A DNA stretch of 64,000 nucleotides from Thermoproteota archaeon (GTDB lineage: Archaea; Thermoproteota; EX4484-205; JAAOZP01): contig JBNAVT010000006.1 of assembly GCA_049700215.1 (NCBI GenBank), positions 21,731 through 85,730 of the forward strand, written 5' to 3'. How positions within the stretch are numbered: position 1 is the stretch's first letter; each line of letters starts with the position of its first letter. Made by a program: the position numbers and the translations under genes. The notes beneath the pieces are model-generated. The model was not told the origin of the DNA. It searched no databases and saw nothing but the letters and a program-made list of their open reading frames with translations. Shown piece after piece: positions 38,406 through 48,966 of this stretch.

Positions 38406-38993
38406 CTAGCTGCTCGGCGACGCCAGTTTTCTAAGGTCTTCCTCGCCTTCAGCATACCCGAAGGCTATTAGAACATCTCCGGCATCAATCTTTAAGTCCG
38501 GCTTGGGCCTCACGTATTTTTCTCCTCTTTTCACCGCGAGAACCCACATACCGGTTTCCTCAGGTATTCTTGCCTCCCAGAGAGTCTTGTTGACTAGTGG
38601 CGAGCCCTCGGAAACAGGCACGTATGTCACGGTTTCATCAGCCTCCTCTATGACTAGTCTAACTACCGGGTGCGGCTCTATGCCTCTCAAAACTACTTCA
38701 GCTATTTCAGCCGCGGCGTCAGCTATCTCCTCCGTAACCACGCCAAGCCTTATTAGGCCGAGGATCCCCTTCGCCTCCTCCTCTTTAAACCTGCTTAAGA
38801 GTACTGCCATCTCGTATTCTGTGTGAAGCTTGTCAACATACTCCTCAAGCCTCTGCACTTCTTCAGCCAACTCCCTGTTGTTCAACAATAGTGCCGAATA
38901 GGCTAGGTCAATCATAAGCTCTGAAGTGTTTTTAAGCTCGACGAATTTTTCAACAATTTTGTCGAAACCTTCGCTACCGCCTTGCTGCTGCAT
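38406..38993 (-). CDS. PhoU-like plus TrkA-C domain protein
   Basis: ELKNTSELMIDLAYSALL and RCK-C segment GMWVLAVKRG; start taken at ATG 38993 (ORF open to 39029). Confidence 0.85.
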   Translation of the reverse strand: MQQQGGSEGFDKIVEKFVELKNTSELMIDLAYSALLLNNRELAEEVQRLEEYVDKLHTEYEMAVLLSRFKEEEAKGILGLIRLGVVTEEIADAAAEIAEVVLRGIEPHPVVRLVIEEADETVTYVPVSEGSPLVNKTLWEARIPEETGMWVLAVKRGEKYVRPKPDLKIDAGDVLIAFGYAEGEEDLRKLASPSS

Positions 38994-39603
38994 TGTCAAC
39001 CCCTGTTCTCCTCCTTCTTCCCTCCGCAAGCTCCTTGAACAGGTTAATCCCCGCCGGGGCTCCCCTCACAATAAGAATGTCCTCACGCATAAGTTTCTCC
39101 TCGTCCTCAGGCTTCACTATCCATTCTTTGCCCCGCCTTATAGCTATCAGGTTAACGCCCATTTTTGCAGCCAGGTTAAGTTTACCGATCTTTTTACCTA
39201 TTAGTATTGATTTTCCCTCAACCCTGACTCTCGCAATATGCTCCTCAACCCTTTCAAAAATCTCGGCGACAATGGGATGTATGCCTATGCCCTGCTTAAC
39301 TATCGCGGCAATATCTCCGGCGGCATCTGATATTTTATCGGTTGCCCCAGCTACTTTCGCAACCCCGGCTAGAGCCTCAGCGTCCTCAGCGTTCCTCGCA
39401 GCTATCATGATCGTCATGTCTAAAAGGTATGCAAGCGTATCGATTCTTCTCTCAAGCTCCAGAACCTCTTCAGCCAGGTCCTTATCGTTAAAAAGGGCTG
39501 CGGAGTAAGCCAGGTCTATCATGAGTTCGGAGAGGTTTTTCATCTCCAGAAGCAATTCCCGAACCGGTTTAGGCCTGTATTCTATCTTCTCAAACTCAGG
39601 CAT
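38974..39603 (-). CDS. PhoU-like plus TrkA-C domain protein (paralog)
   Basis: EMKNLSELMIDLAYSAAL; GVNLIAIRRG. Confidence 0.85.
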   Translation of the reverse strand: MPEFEKIEYRPKPVRELLLEMKNLSELMIDLAYSAALFNDKDLAEEVLELERRIDTLAYLLDMTIMIAARNAEDAEALAGVAKVAGATDKISDAAGDIAAIVKQGIGIHPIVAEIFERVEEHIARVRVEGKSILIGKKIGKLNLAAKMGVNLIAIRRGKEWIVKPEDEEKLMREDILIVRGAPAGINLFKELAEGRRRRTGVDNAAARR

Positions 39604-39671
39604 TTGCCTTTATCTCTTGAAGGAGAGTGGCAGGGAATGTTTTAAATCTTATTCTCGTAAGTAACTCTTCC

Positions 39672-40982
39672 TTAGCCTACTATAAAGAGGGAAATAAGCA
39701 GGGCTATGGAAGTCAGGCTGTCAGCCAGGGAGCTTTCAATCGGTATTTCGAAGTTGTCAGGGTCAAACCCCTTCTGGTAAGTTAGGATTGCGACCGAGTA
39801 TGATACTAGTATTATGCATGACGCGGCTATCGTGTTCGCGATGAGCAGTAAAGCGGTGAAACTCAGGAAATTAGGCAGGGTGAAAATACCTTGAACAATT
39901 AGAGACAGAATCGAGTAGACGCAGTACATTATCAGCGAGGCTGCCCACGCGCTGGAAACCTCTAAAAAATGATGTTTTATTGAAGAGAAGGTGGGTTTGA
40001 GAATGCCTAGGGCAAGCTTCGTCGTGGCGGTTGAGCCTACGACAGACCCAACGTCCCCAATCGTGTCTATTAACGCTGGATAAACAGTATATATCTCTCT
40101 TCTTTCCTCGACGACCTCCGATATTTTTCCGAAGGTTGATCCAGCTATGTTTATGATGATGGATACTAGAATTATCGTCAGAAGAGACTCCTTCAAGGTT
40201 TTTACGAACTCCCTCTCCCTAAGGTTTCGAATAGTGAAATATATTGTGCAAAAAAGCAGTGTTAAACTTATTGAAGCCAGTATGTATTGCCCTTCTAAAC
40301 CGTTGGAAGCGTAAACGGTTAACACCCCGACGTAGAGTAGGGTTATTAGCAGATCAGCTATTGTCGACTCCACAGGGTACAGCACGATATCCGGGTTCAA
40401 GCCGTGTTTGAAGGAAAGGATGGACGCTACTATTGCGAGCGGGGAGATTACTATCAGTGATAAGGCCATCGTCGATGTCACGACGATCAGAATGCTGAAG
40501 AATTCCAGCGTCAAGCTGCTGCGGGACAAGGTGAATAGAGCTGCGGCGATAAGCCCCATGAGTATGCTGGCTTCAAAGGTTAGGACGACCGTCGCATGGA
40601 GCAGCAGGTGGAAGCTTCGAGTGTTTTTTGAAAAGCGTGGCTGCACGGTTCCTAGGTGTAGCCCTGTGCTCAGACGGCCGCAGAATAATCCTCCTATGAC
40701 TCCCCTTGCACTAAGTATCGGAGGGTAGATGATGAAAGCCCATGGGAAGCTTTGAAAAATCCCGAGGAAGTAGGCGACAATCGTGCCCGCCGCTATTCCG
40801 AAGACGTTGAAGGCATACGCTATTAAAGACTGTCTTAGGGCACTGGTAAACTCGTGTTTGAAGCCCGCTGGCTTTTCAACCGTGTTGCCCAACGCGAGGA
40901 AGCGCGTGGAGGAATAGTATGGGATTGAACCCGTGTCTGTGTGAAAGCCTTGTAGAATGTTGGTTGGTCTCATCTGAAGCAC
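39672..40982 (-). CDS. MgtE/SLC41-type divalent cation transporter with duplicated membrane domain
   Basis: GRLSTGLHLG, GLNPD..YP..STIAD, GFDPDN..IP..SSLAD; true start probably further downstream. Confidence 0.85.
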   Translation of the reverse strand: MLQMRPTNILQGFHTDTGSIPYYSSTRFLALGNTVEKPAGFKHEFTSALRQSLIAYAFNVFGIAAGTIVAYFLGIFQSFPWAFIIYPPILSARGVIGGLFCGRLSTGLHLGTVQPRFSKNTRSFHLLLHATVVLTFEASILMGLIAAALFTLSRSSLTLEFFSILIVVTSTMALSLIVISPLAIVASILSFKHGLNPDIVLYPVESTIADLLITLLYVGVLTVYASNGLEGQYILASISLTLLFCTIYFTIRNLREREFVKTLKESLLTIILVSIIINIAGSTFGKISEVVEERREIYTVYPALIDTIGDVGSVVGSTATTKLALGILKPTFSSIKHHFLEVSSAWAASLIMYCVYSILSLIVQGIFTLPNFLSFTALLLIANTIAASCIILVSYSVAILTYQKGFDPDNFEIPIESSLADSLTSIALLISLFIVG

Positions 40983-41175
40983 CTTCCGTCTCCTCCTGGT
41001 CGTCCACGCTTCCCCACCCTATGCTTAGGCTGCAAAACGTTCAACTGTTTAAATACTTTTCTGCAACATAATCCTTGTCGAGCCAAAACCAGGACGAGGT
41101 GGGGAAATGAGGGGCTGCCTCCGGGTTTTCAGCTTCTAGCCTGAAGCCTATGGGAACAACCGTTCCTTTAATCTA

Positions 41176-41655
41176 TCAGAACCTCTTGACGTGGAAGTGG
41201 CAATACGGTTTTCCACCAGTCTTCCCGTAATAGTCTTGATGATGCTCTTCAGCCGGCCAAAAAACACCGGCTTCCCTGAGCTGAGTCGCAACCCTATACC
41301 CCTTGCCTTCAAGTTTAGACACAAGTTCCTGAGCAATCCTTTTCTGATCCCCATCCAGGTAGAAAATTGCCGACTGATACTGTTCTCCAACGTCCGGCCC
41401 TTGGCGATTAACCTGAGTAGGATCATGGATTTCAAAAAACAGCTTCGCAAGCTCTTCAAAGCTTGTTTCCTCAGGGTTGTAAACAACCTCCACCGTCTCC
41501 AGGTGCCCAGTGGCTCCGCTGCAGACTTCTTCATAAGTAGGGTTCTCCTTTTTCCCACCCATGTAGCCGACTCTCGTCGAAACCACTCCCTTAGCCCTCT
41601 TGAAGAAGTATTCGACACCCCAGAAGCATCCTCCGGCAAAATAGGCTGTCTTCAT
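41176..41655 (-). CDS. msrA: Peptide methionine sulfoxide reductase MsrA
   Basis: FAGGCFWGVE, GYMGG, HDPTQVNRQGPDVG.QY.S, AEEHHQDY; start taken at ATG 41655. Confidence 0.93.
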   Translation of the reverse strand: MKTAYFAGGCFWGVEYFFKRAKGVVSTRVGYMGGKKENPTYEEVCSGATGHLETVEVVYNPEETSFEELAKLFFEIHDPTQVNRQGPDVGEQYQSAIFYLDGDQKRIAQELVSKLEGKGYRVATQLREAGVFWPAEEHHQDYYGKTGGKPYCHFHVKRF

Positions 41656-41726
41656 CGTGGAAGCCTCGGAAAACCAGCGTCTTTTCGGCTTAAAAGTTTT
41701 TTCCACCTCAGGTGTCAATAATCGCT

Positions 41727-43124
41727 TCAACACGCTTTCAAAGCATAAATGTCAGCATCCCGCATCCTTAAGCGTAGGCGAACAACCCTGCCTGAGAGCC
41801 TGCTTACGTCTGAGCCGGATTTCCAGCAGACCTCGCCCTCAATCTCGTCGCCATAAAGCTCTTCACACTCCTTCATCGTGAAGCCTGGAACAGGGTTACC
41901 ATCCTCGCCCAGAATCTCCGTCTTCACTTCTCCCGCGGCCGACGTGGAGTAGTTAAGCAATAGTCTTCGCCCGTTGAAAACAAGCGGGCGGGTGACGAGC
42001 TCGCCTCCAGAGTAAGGCGCGTGGACAGAGGCGAAGCCGTCTATTCGAAGCGTGAAGCGGCGGAGACGGTTGCCGGCAGTATAGTAGCCCTCGCTCGAGT
42101 AGAGTGAAAGCTCGACCAGAGCATTCGTGAGCCCGGATTCAGTAGCCAGCATTCCCCATGCAGTCATATTGTTACGGTTGATCCAGCGCTCAGGCATTGG
42201 TCCAGGCCGAATGAATGCTTCAGTCCACCGGCGCCAATGTAGACCGTCGCGGCTACTCATGAGTAAAGTGTCGGATACGCCTTTGTAACGGTGGAGTGTC
42301 TTCTCCCTCTCCGGGATGAAGCGCATGGGGAACCCTATGAAAACATGCGGCGCCCGGAAGTATGGGGTGACCCCGTTAGTATAAAGGTGCTCTTTTGGAG
42401 CGTCACCGTAGTCCAGCCACTCGGGCTCAGTCCAGCTTGTGAAGTCTTCAGACGAGCAGGTTAAGATGTCGCGCACCCCGTTGCGCCAGCCTCGGAAGAA
42501 AGCAGTGTAGCGTCTTCGAACACTGTCCCAGAAAGCTAGGTTCTGCGAGTCGAACGCGTACTCCGTTACTGCCGGCTTCGTTATAACTGGCCGGCTAGAC
42601 ATTGGCTCCCAATGAACCCCGTCTGAAGACTTGAATGCATAGAGCCCATCGCCTCCGCTTCCCAGAGCCTTGTAAGCCGCTTCACACGGACAGTTTGGGT
42701 TTGAATCTCTGAATGGTGTGAAGTTGTGCGTGCCAATCCCCTTCCAAACAATATTGTTCCGCTTAGACCCGTTGAACTCGAACAGGCTGAGCTGGGGCTT
42801 AAACCAGTTGACGCCGTCAGTGCTTTCAGCGTAGCATGTGAACTCCGGGTGCGTTGCCTCCCCGGTTTCCAGATTATGGTTCGACCCCCGGTAGTACATT
42901 CTGAAGCAACCGTCGTCTTTAAAAACCGTCACGTATCCTGAGGTATTCCCCTCCCAAGGCTGGTTGAATACTATTGCAACCTCCTGTGGAACCGGGTTGT
43001 GCAGCCTCAGCTCCACGCCCCTCATCTCCGCTATGAGCCAATCGTCTATGAAAAGCTCAAGCCGGGACCCTATTTCCCGAGCCGTGTTTTCAACGTCTCC
43101 CCGAGACCCTGCCGAAATAACCAT
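41727..43124 (-). CDS. Putative beta-propeller glycosidase (GH32/43/130-like hypothetical)
   Basis: Repeated Asp-box motifs S.DG..W (ESTDGVNW, SSDGVHW, SRDGLHW), FDSQN, LRIDGF C-terminal domain. Confidence 0.7.
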   Translation of the reverse strand: MVISAGSRGDVENTAREIGSRLELFIDDWLIAEMRGVELRLHNPVPQEVAIVFNQPWEGNTSGYVTVFKDDGCFRMYYRGSNHNLETGEATHPEFTCYAESTDGVNWFKPQLSLFEFNGSKRNNIVWKGIGTHNFTPFRDSNPNCPCEAAYKALGSGGDGLYAFKSSDGVHWEPMSSRPVITKPAVTEYAFDSQNLAFWDSVRRRYTAFFRGWRNGVRDILTCSSEDFTSWTEPEWLDYGDAPKEHLYTNGVTPYFRAPHVFIGFPMRFIPEREKTLHRYKGVSDTLLMSSRDGLHWRRWTEAFIRPGPMPERWINRNNMTAWGMLATESGLTNALVELSLYSSEGYYTAGNRLRRFTLRIDGFASVHAPYSGGELVTRPLVFNGRRLLLNYSTSAAGEVKTEILGEDGNPVPGFTMKECEELYGDEIEGEVCWKSGSDVSRLSGRVVRLRLRMRDADIYALKAC

Positions 43125-43392
43125 GGGTAGGCTACGTTTCTTTCATGTTTAAACCTTTGTTTTAGGCTTATAGGTCGAAATGGGCTGCAAGGACTCGTCA
43201 TTTCGTTTTTCCTCAACGTTTTTAAAGGGAGGGGAAGCCCTCGCCGCTTAGCTCTATGATGTTTTGACGAGCTTAGGCTGATAGCGTTAAGCCTATTGAA
43301 GCAGCACTAGAAGCGTTTAGGGCTGTCTGATACATGATCCACTATTCGAGGCTACGGTGTGAACAGGCTCGTAGTAAGATTATGGATGCATG

Positions 43393-44268
43393 CTAGGGTG
43401 TTGCACAGACGAAGTTCAGATTATTGTTTGCAGCGTCAAGCGCATCCTTCAGAAGTTCCTGATAAGCCCTGTAAGGATCCCCGCTGGACGTGTAGTTGTA
43501 AAGCCCAAGCGAATAGCCTGCTATCTCCATTAATTCGCTGATGGTCAGGAAGTCAGTTCCAGCCTTTACGCCGGGTGCGTAGACAGGCGCACTTGGGTTG
43601 ACGAAGCCTGCTTCGACGTTTAGAAACATGGCTGCAAGCTGGGCGGACAGCATGTAAGCCATGTTAGTCGCGTCGGCACCCAGGAGCCAGCTTCTAAGCT
43701 CAGAATATGATTTAGGTTCAAAGTATTCTCCGTCTCGGGTTCTCAAGTTGAGGCCGGCTAGAGCTTTAAGCTCCGTAGATTCCCCGCTGGGGTCGTCTTT
43801 AATCTTGTCTTCACCATTCTTGCTGCTCCAGAACCCTCGCGTGTGGCCGCCGCCGTAGCATCCTACGCGTACAACGCCGAAGTCATTAACAATAGTCTCC
43901 CCCTGTCCTACTGTCAATGTTACAGCCTGGGGAGTTGTGCTAACCCAGTTCTCCGCCAAGGCTACTTTAACAGTATACTCTCCCCAGGTATTGTAGAAAC
44001 TATAGGTTAAGCCGGTTGTCGTGAACGTAGCCCTGTCCCCGCCCACCCAGAGCTCTACGATTATGCCGCTTAACACTGGCTCCCCCGCATCCCTTTCACC
44101 ATTCACGTCAGCATCGTAGAAAACGCATCCGCTGATCGTTGGTTTAACGGGTTCCTGTCCAGTCGGCTGCCACACGTCGTCAACCCAGATGTAAGCATAG
44201 GCCGGGTTAGACAATAACACTAACGTAACCATAAACGCTGCCAGCATGCTCACCGTGCTTTTCCTCAT
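43393..44268 (-). CDS. Secreted protein with an SdrD-B/Cna-like domain
   Basis: Signal peptide ending AYA; ISGCVFYDADVNGERDAGEPVLSG; HTRGFWS; start taken at ATG 44268. Confidence 0.75.
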   Translation of the reverse strand: MRKSTVSMLAAFMVTLVLLSNPAYAYIWVDDVWQPTGQEPVKPTISGCVFYDADVNGERDAGEPVLSGIIVELWVGGDRATFTTTGLTYSFYNTWGEYTVKVALAENWVSTTPQAVTLTVGQGETIVNDFGVVRVGCYGGGHTRGFWSSKNGEDKIKDDPSGESTELKALAGLNLRTRDGEYFEPKSYSELRSWLLGADATNMAYMLSAQLAAMFLNVEAGFVNPSAPVYAPGVKAGTDFLTISELMEIAGYSLGLYNYTSSGDPYRAYQELLKDALDAANNNLNFVCATP

Positions 44269-44648
44269 CTCGACATTTAATATTTCGCTAAACGTATATA
44301 ACGACTTTTTTGTAAAATGGCGACACAACCATATTTAAAGACCATTCTGTATCATGTTTTACGTACACGGCTTTCAAGAGTGTTGGCTTGCCTCCCTCTG
44401 AAGCCGGCTCACGCTTGTGCTTTCAAGACTGGTTTCAATACTCCGCCCCATAAGCCAGTGGCCAGGCGGGTGCCAGTCTAGCTTCATACCGCCTATTGTG
44501 CCACGCTTCTTTCCAGCATGCGGATACGCTTCCCAGGAGAAAAACTGTTCCCCGACGCGCAGTAAGCCGGTGTAAGAGTGGCGGCGCTGTCTTACACGCT
44601 CTTAGGAAAAACTAAAAAGACAGGGCTGCGCACGATAACTCTGTTCAA

Positions 44649-45281
44649 ATGGGTAGGCACTCGGAGCAGCTGCTGTTCGCCTCAGCTTTCGCCCTGCTCC
44701 TGCTTAACCAGGGCTTAAGCAGGGTGTGTGCGCAGGCTGAAGGCGCTGCAGACCGGGGGGTTATTGGCGATGTTTTAGACGCCGCCGGGCTGCATAATCT
44801 TGTTGAAAACCTGTACTTCTTCAGGAATACTGTTGCGAGCAGGGGGGGACTGGACTCGGAGTTTCTCAACTGGCTCACCCCTTCCTACGCGAGCCTTTCG
44901 AGAAGCCTGTTGAGCCTACCAGGATGGTCTTTACTCAGGTTCATTTTTCTCCCTGCGGCAGTAGCGTTGTCGACATGTTTCTCTCTCTATCTTCAAATAG
45001 GGCTGGTCGGAGCCGTTTTAACAGCCGGCCTTCTAACAGGGTTAATGTATGTTTTCCCAGTCTTCCTTGTTTTAGAGGCCTTTTCTAAAACCGGCTTAGT
45101 GGCTTTGCACGGCAGGGAAATGCTGAGAATACTTATTCTTCTGACTGTTGCCTCAATGCTTATGCTGCTCTTAGCATACGCTTACCGCCTTACACCAGTT
45201 ATTTTACTCTCCTTCATCATGCTTTTCTCAACAGCCTGCTTCACCTGGTTTCTGCCGATACTGTTATACTACCGGAGCTGA
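44649..45281 (+). CDS. Membrane protein resembling a CFI-box-CTERM region
   Basis: L..FRN......EF..W....Y...S pattern followed by TM helices; signal-like N-terminus. Confidence 0.5.
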   Translation: MGRHSEQLLFASAFALLLLNQGLSRVCAQAEGAADRGVIGDVLDAAGLHNLVENLYFFRNTVASRGGLDSEFLNWLTPSYASLSRSLLSLPGWSLLRFIFLPAAVALSTCFSLYLQIGLVGAVLTAGLLTGLMYVFPVFLVLEAFSKTGLVALHGREMLRILILLTVASMLMLLLAYAYRLTPVILLSFIMLFSTACFTWFLPILLYYRS

Positions 45282-45335
45282 CTCCAGGCTTCCTGAGCAA
45301 AGTTTAAACACCGGCGCCATTATGAACCGTGAGGG

Positions 45336-46661
45336 TTGAACCCTGAGAGGATACTGTTCATAGTGCTGGACGGGCTTGGCGACCATGCTTACAGGGAGCT
45401 AGACGGCTTCACACCGCTTGAAAAGGCTAACTCAACGGGTTTCAAAAGGCTTAAGGAGAACGGTTCCCAGGGGTTGATGGATATCATCGCCCCCGGGGTT
45501 CCGCCCAGCAGCGATGTTTCACACCTAGTCATGTTCGGGTACGATATTGAGAGAGAATATTTCGGAAGAGGTCCTATTGAAGCCTTGGGCGAGGGTGTTG
45601 AGCTTGAGGAGGGCGAGATAGCCTTCAGGGGTAATCTTGCAACCGTCAGGGTTGAGAACGGTTACCCTGTGGTTGTTGACAGGCGGGCTGGGAGAATAGG
45701 CAGCGAGCAGACGAGGGAGCTCACTCGTTTTCTTAACGAGGAGCTCGGCGACTTCCAAGGGTTTAAAGTAAGGTTCCAGCCTCTTTCAGAGCACAGGTTC
45801 GTCATGATTGTTTCAGGCGAAGGATTGTCGCACGAGGTTACTGATAATGATCCTCATGCTGAAGGCAAGCCTGTTATACTATGCCAGCCTGTTGAAGAGG
45901 CTAGGGATAGGGAGGGTGCTGAGAGGCTCGCCAACCTTGTTAACAGCATAACCATAGAGGCGATTAGAAGGCTGAGCCGCCACGAGTTGAACAGGACTAG
46001 GGCTGAGAAGGGTCTCGAGGCTAACGCTATACTCGTGAGAAGCCCCGGGGTTAAGAGAAGGATGGCTAGCTTCAGGGAGAAGTGGGATCTTAACGCTGCC
46101 TGCGTAGCCGCAGGATTGCTTTACAAGGGGATAGGCCGGGCAACAGGCATGGATATATACAGGGTTGAGGGGGCTAACGGTCTTCTAAACACTAACATCG
46201 CCGGGAAGCTGAGCAAGGCCCTTGAACTGCTGGAAAAGTATGACTTCGTATACCTTCATTTGAAGGGCACGGATGTTGCCAGCCATAGTCGGAACCCTGT
46301 TGCGAAATACGAGTTCATACAGAGGTTTGAAGATAACCTTAGGCTGATAAATGAATCAGTTTTGACTGACACCACGATTGTCGTGACTGGTGACCATACT
46401 ACGCCTTGCGACAGGGGGATGCACTCTGGAGAGCCTGTTCCAATACTCGTTTCCTCAAGGGGCTTGAGGAAAGACGATACTACGGTCTTCTCCGAGAGGG
46501 AGGCTGTGCGCGGCGGACTGGGAAGGATGAGGGGATGTGAACTAATGCCGGTTCTCCTCGACTCGATAGGCAGGACTGTTGAATACGGCACTAGGCCCTC
46601 CACCAAGAGGGTCAACTACATGCCTAAGCAGCTGGCTTACTTGAGGCTTAAAGAAGCCTAG
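45336..46661 (+). CDS. apgM: 2,3-bisphosphoglycerate-independent phosphoglycerate mutase, archaeal type
   Basis: LDGLGD, TPLEKA, SDVSH, GRGPIEALG, DVASH, TGDHTTP, HSGEPVP. Confidence 0.93.
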   Translation: MNPERILFIVLDGLGDHAYRELDGFTPLEKANSTGFKRLKENGSQGLMDIIAPGVPPSSDVSHLVMFGYDIEREYFGRGPIEALGEGVELEEGEIAFRGNLATVRVENGYPVVVDRRAGRIGSEQTRELTRFLNEELGDFQGFKVRFQPLSEHRFVMIVSGEGLSHEVTDNDPHAEGKPVILCQPVEEARDREGAERLANLVNSITIEAIRRLSRHELNRTRAEKGLEANAILVRSPGVKRRMASFREKWDLNAACVAAGLLYKGIGRATGMDIYRVEGANGLLNTNIAGKLSKALELLEKYDFVYLHLKGTDVASHSRNPVAKYEFIQRFEDNLRLINESVLTDTTIVVTGDHTTPCDRGMHSGEPVPILVSSRGLRKDDTTVFSEREAVRGGLGRMRGCELMPVLLDSIGRTVEYGTRPSTKRVNYMPKQLAYLRLKEA

Positions 46662-46857
46662 GCTTGCCACCTGCTTTCAAAATTCCTCGACGCAGGATTC
46701 AACTTTTCACGAAGGCATGCAGCCTGCCCTGGCTGTAGAAGCCTTGATCTCTAGTGCACGCTAGAAGGGGGTCGGACGAATATCTAGTTCCATAAAAAGC
46801 TCTTTTAGAATTATGGAATCAAGGATATGAGGATGATTTGATTCTCGGTTTACGCTG

Positions 46858-48252
46858 TTAATATTTCTTGTGGGCGAGCTTGTTCCCAAAGTCCGCTAGG
46901 CTACTTTGGCGGTAGAAGCCCTCAATTTCCCCATAAACCCCATCGTATCCCGGCCTGATTCTCACCATGTCTCTTCTAACCAGGTCAACCACCTGGGCCA
47001 GCCTCTTGTCGCGTTTCGCAATCTCTTCAACAGGTGTTTCAATAAGCAGGCGGTACTCGCTTCCAAAATCTCTTACTAGACTGTAGTAAATGCTCCAGGT
47101 CTTCTTGGAACCCGGGCTCGTAGAGTAAGCGTAGCCTATTATTTCGGACAAGGGTATTAGGTGAACATAGTCTGCAGCGTCTCCAGGTCTAATCCCTTTA
47201 GGACGGTCGGCGAGTTCTTCTATATGCGTCTCCACACCGAGTGTAAGCTTCCTGCCGCAAACCGGGCATATCCCCTTGAGCTTGAAATACCTACGAGGCT
47301 CGACCGAAACCCCGCACCGTCGACATCCTGAGTTGTAGTACTTTCCGTACTCCGGATGGGTTTCTACAGTTAGAATTATTCTAGAATTTCCTTCCTTACG
47401 GATTGCGTTTATTATGCTCTTATAGCTCAATTCTTCTAGAAGCATCAGGTTGGCTTCTCTGCCAAGCCTCCAGGGATAGTAAGAGTGGGAATCACTGTTT
47501 GAAACCAGCGTGTAACGATCGTTGCTCGAAACCCTCCAGTTCATCAACGGATCCGAGGATAATCCTGTTTCGAGAGCATGTATCTCACTATACTTATCTT
47601 TGTAACAATCTTTCACACTATTATAACCGTGAACACCAAAAATGCTGAAATGGGGAGTCCACACGTGGGCCGGGAAAACCTCAATATCGTCTGAAACACT
47701 CTTTAAGATTTCCACGAGCTCGGGTGAGCTGCATTTCAACAAGGGTCTGCCGTCAGCACTCAGGTCTCCAATATGCGCCATAGCGTCACAAGCCTGTTTA
47801 ACGGTTTCGAAGTCGGGGAAGAGAACCACGTGGTGGATCCTTTTGACGGCGCTCCCGTCCTGGTAAACCGTGTTAACCTCGCCCTGGAGTATGAAAAGCG
47901 TGGCCTTCTCAGGGTTCTTTTCGCTCCTAAGCCTGTAGAGCCCGGGGCTCTCCTCTACAAGGCTCTTCTTAAGCTCCCTAAGCCACTTGGGATGCGTGCA
48001 GTCCCCGGTGCCAACTATGTTGAGACCTTTTAGCTTGGCGGAGAAAGCAATGTTCTCAAGAGTCATGTCTAGGCTTGTGGCCCTGCTATACTTCGAATGA
48101 ATATGCATGTCAACATAGTAGGAAGGCTTTTCCCTGAAGTCTCTGAGAAGCTGTTCAAGCCTCGTCAACACGGAGGGAGGTTTAAGAGATATGAAGGATG
48201 AGACTCGAGGGTTAAGGGTTAAAAGGCCGCTCATCCTTAAGAATGACAACAT
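46858..48252 (-). CDS. endoQ: Endonuclease Q family (PHP domain plus zinc finger)
   Basis: DMHIHSKYSRATS, GTGDCTHP, PAHVWTP, ETGLSSD, SNSDSHS, LGRE, CxxC..CPVC, PGYDGVYG; true start likely near 48171. Confidence 0.9.
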   Translation of the reverse strand: MLSFLRMSGLLTLNPRVSSFISLKPPSVLTRLEQLLRDFREKPSYYVDMHIHSKYSRATSLDMTLENIAFSAKLKGLNIVGTGDCTHPKWLRELKKSLVEESPGLYRLRSEKNPEKATLFILQGEVNTVYQDGSAVKRIHHVVLFPDFETVKQACDAMAHIGDLSADGRPLLKCSSPELVEILKSVSDDIEVFPAHVWTPHFSIFGVHGYNSVKDCYKDKYSEIHALETGLSSDPLMNWRVSSNDRYTLVSNSDSHSYYPWRLGREANLMLLEELSYKSIINAIRKEGNSRIILTVETHPEYGKYYNSGCRRCGVSVEPRRYFKLKGICPVCGRKLTLGVETHIEELADRPKGIRPGDAADYVHLIPLSEIIGYAYSTSPGSKKTWSIYYSLVRDFGSEYRLLIETPVEEIAKRDKRLAQVVDLVRRDMVRIRPGYDGVYGEIEGFYRQSSLADFGNKLAHKKY

Positions 48253-48399
48253 AGTATGATCCTACGGCCAGTTGTTAAAAGGCTTTTAAGCGGGTTCGCC
48301 TCATCCACTCCGAGCCTCTTCTTCAGCACCCTGCCTACATAAACGTTTGTCAAGCGCGCGTAAGTATTTTCATGTAGATTTCTCTTTCCAATTTCCTCC

Positions 48400-48966
48400 T
48401 TAACTCCGCATCTTTGAGTAAATAACTTCGCCCTCTTTGAAAATCCTCGCTATTTAAATCGTATCCGCCTTGTTTAACGCCTGAGGTTAAAAACCTTGCA
48501 CAAGCTAAAAACATTACTCCGAGAATAACTAAAGCTATTGACAGACATGCAAGGTCTCTTTCAAAACCCCAAAACGTGAGTACTATTTCCCCTTCTATGA
48601 ATACGGCTCCTTTATTCCTTAAAACAACATAATACTCTCCTCTAACCGGTATTTCAAGATTAACAAAGCTTTCCTCTCTAAATTCCTTAATAGGGTGGCA
48701 TTTCCAGTCTCCATGAATAGTTCGTAATTATGTTTATCGAGGATCAGGATGCTGATTTCCCTACTGCCTAAAGAGGTAGCTATCCTAACATTTCTAGGGG
48801 GCCAGATTTGAGGCAAAAATAGGGGAGAGGTGGAGTTCTCAGGAAGACCAACCCTAGTAGCGAAGACGTAGGGAGAGGGGCCCCGCAAGACAGTTAAAAT
48901 GGAAATACCTAAGCCGATCATCAGCAGCACTATTCCGACATATCGGAGTTTAGAGGGCTTAATCAA
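48400..48966 (-). pseudogene. Two-TM membrane protein, frameshifted
   Basis: ORF 48619-48966 continues in another frame from about 48675 (SFVNLEIPVRGEYYVVL...TM) to a stop at 48400. Confidence 0.55.

Noticed and set aside
38406-40982. MgtE-like plus two PhoU/TrkA-C genes as a new system
   Set aside because: This gene association is familiar in archaeal genomes.
44570-44597. Inverted repeat GTGTAAGA...TCTTACAC
   Set aside because: Single 8-bp stem with no second copy seen; could be an operator but is unsupported.
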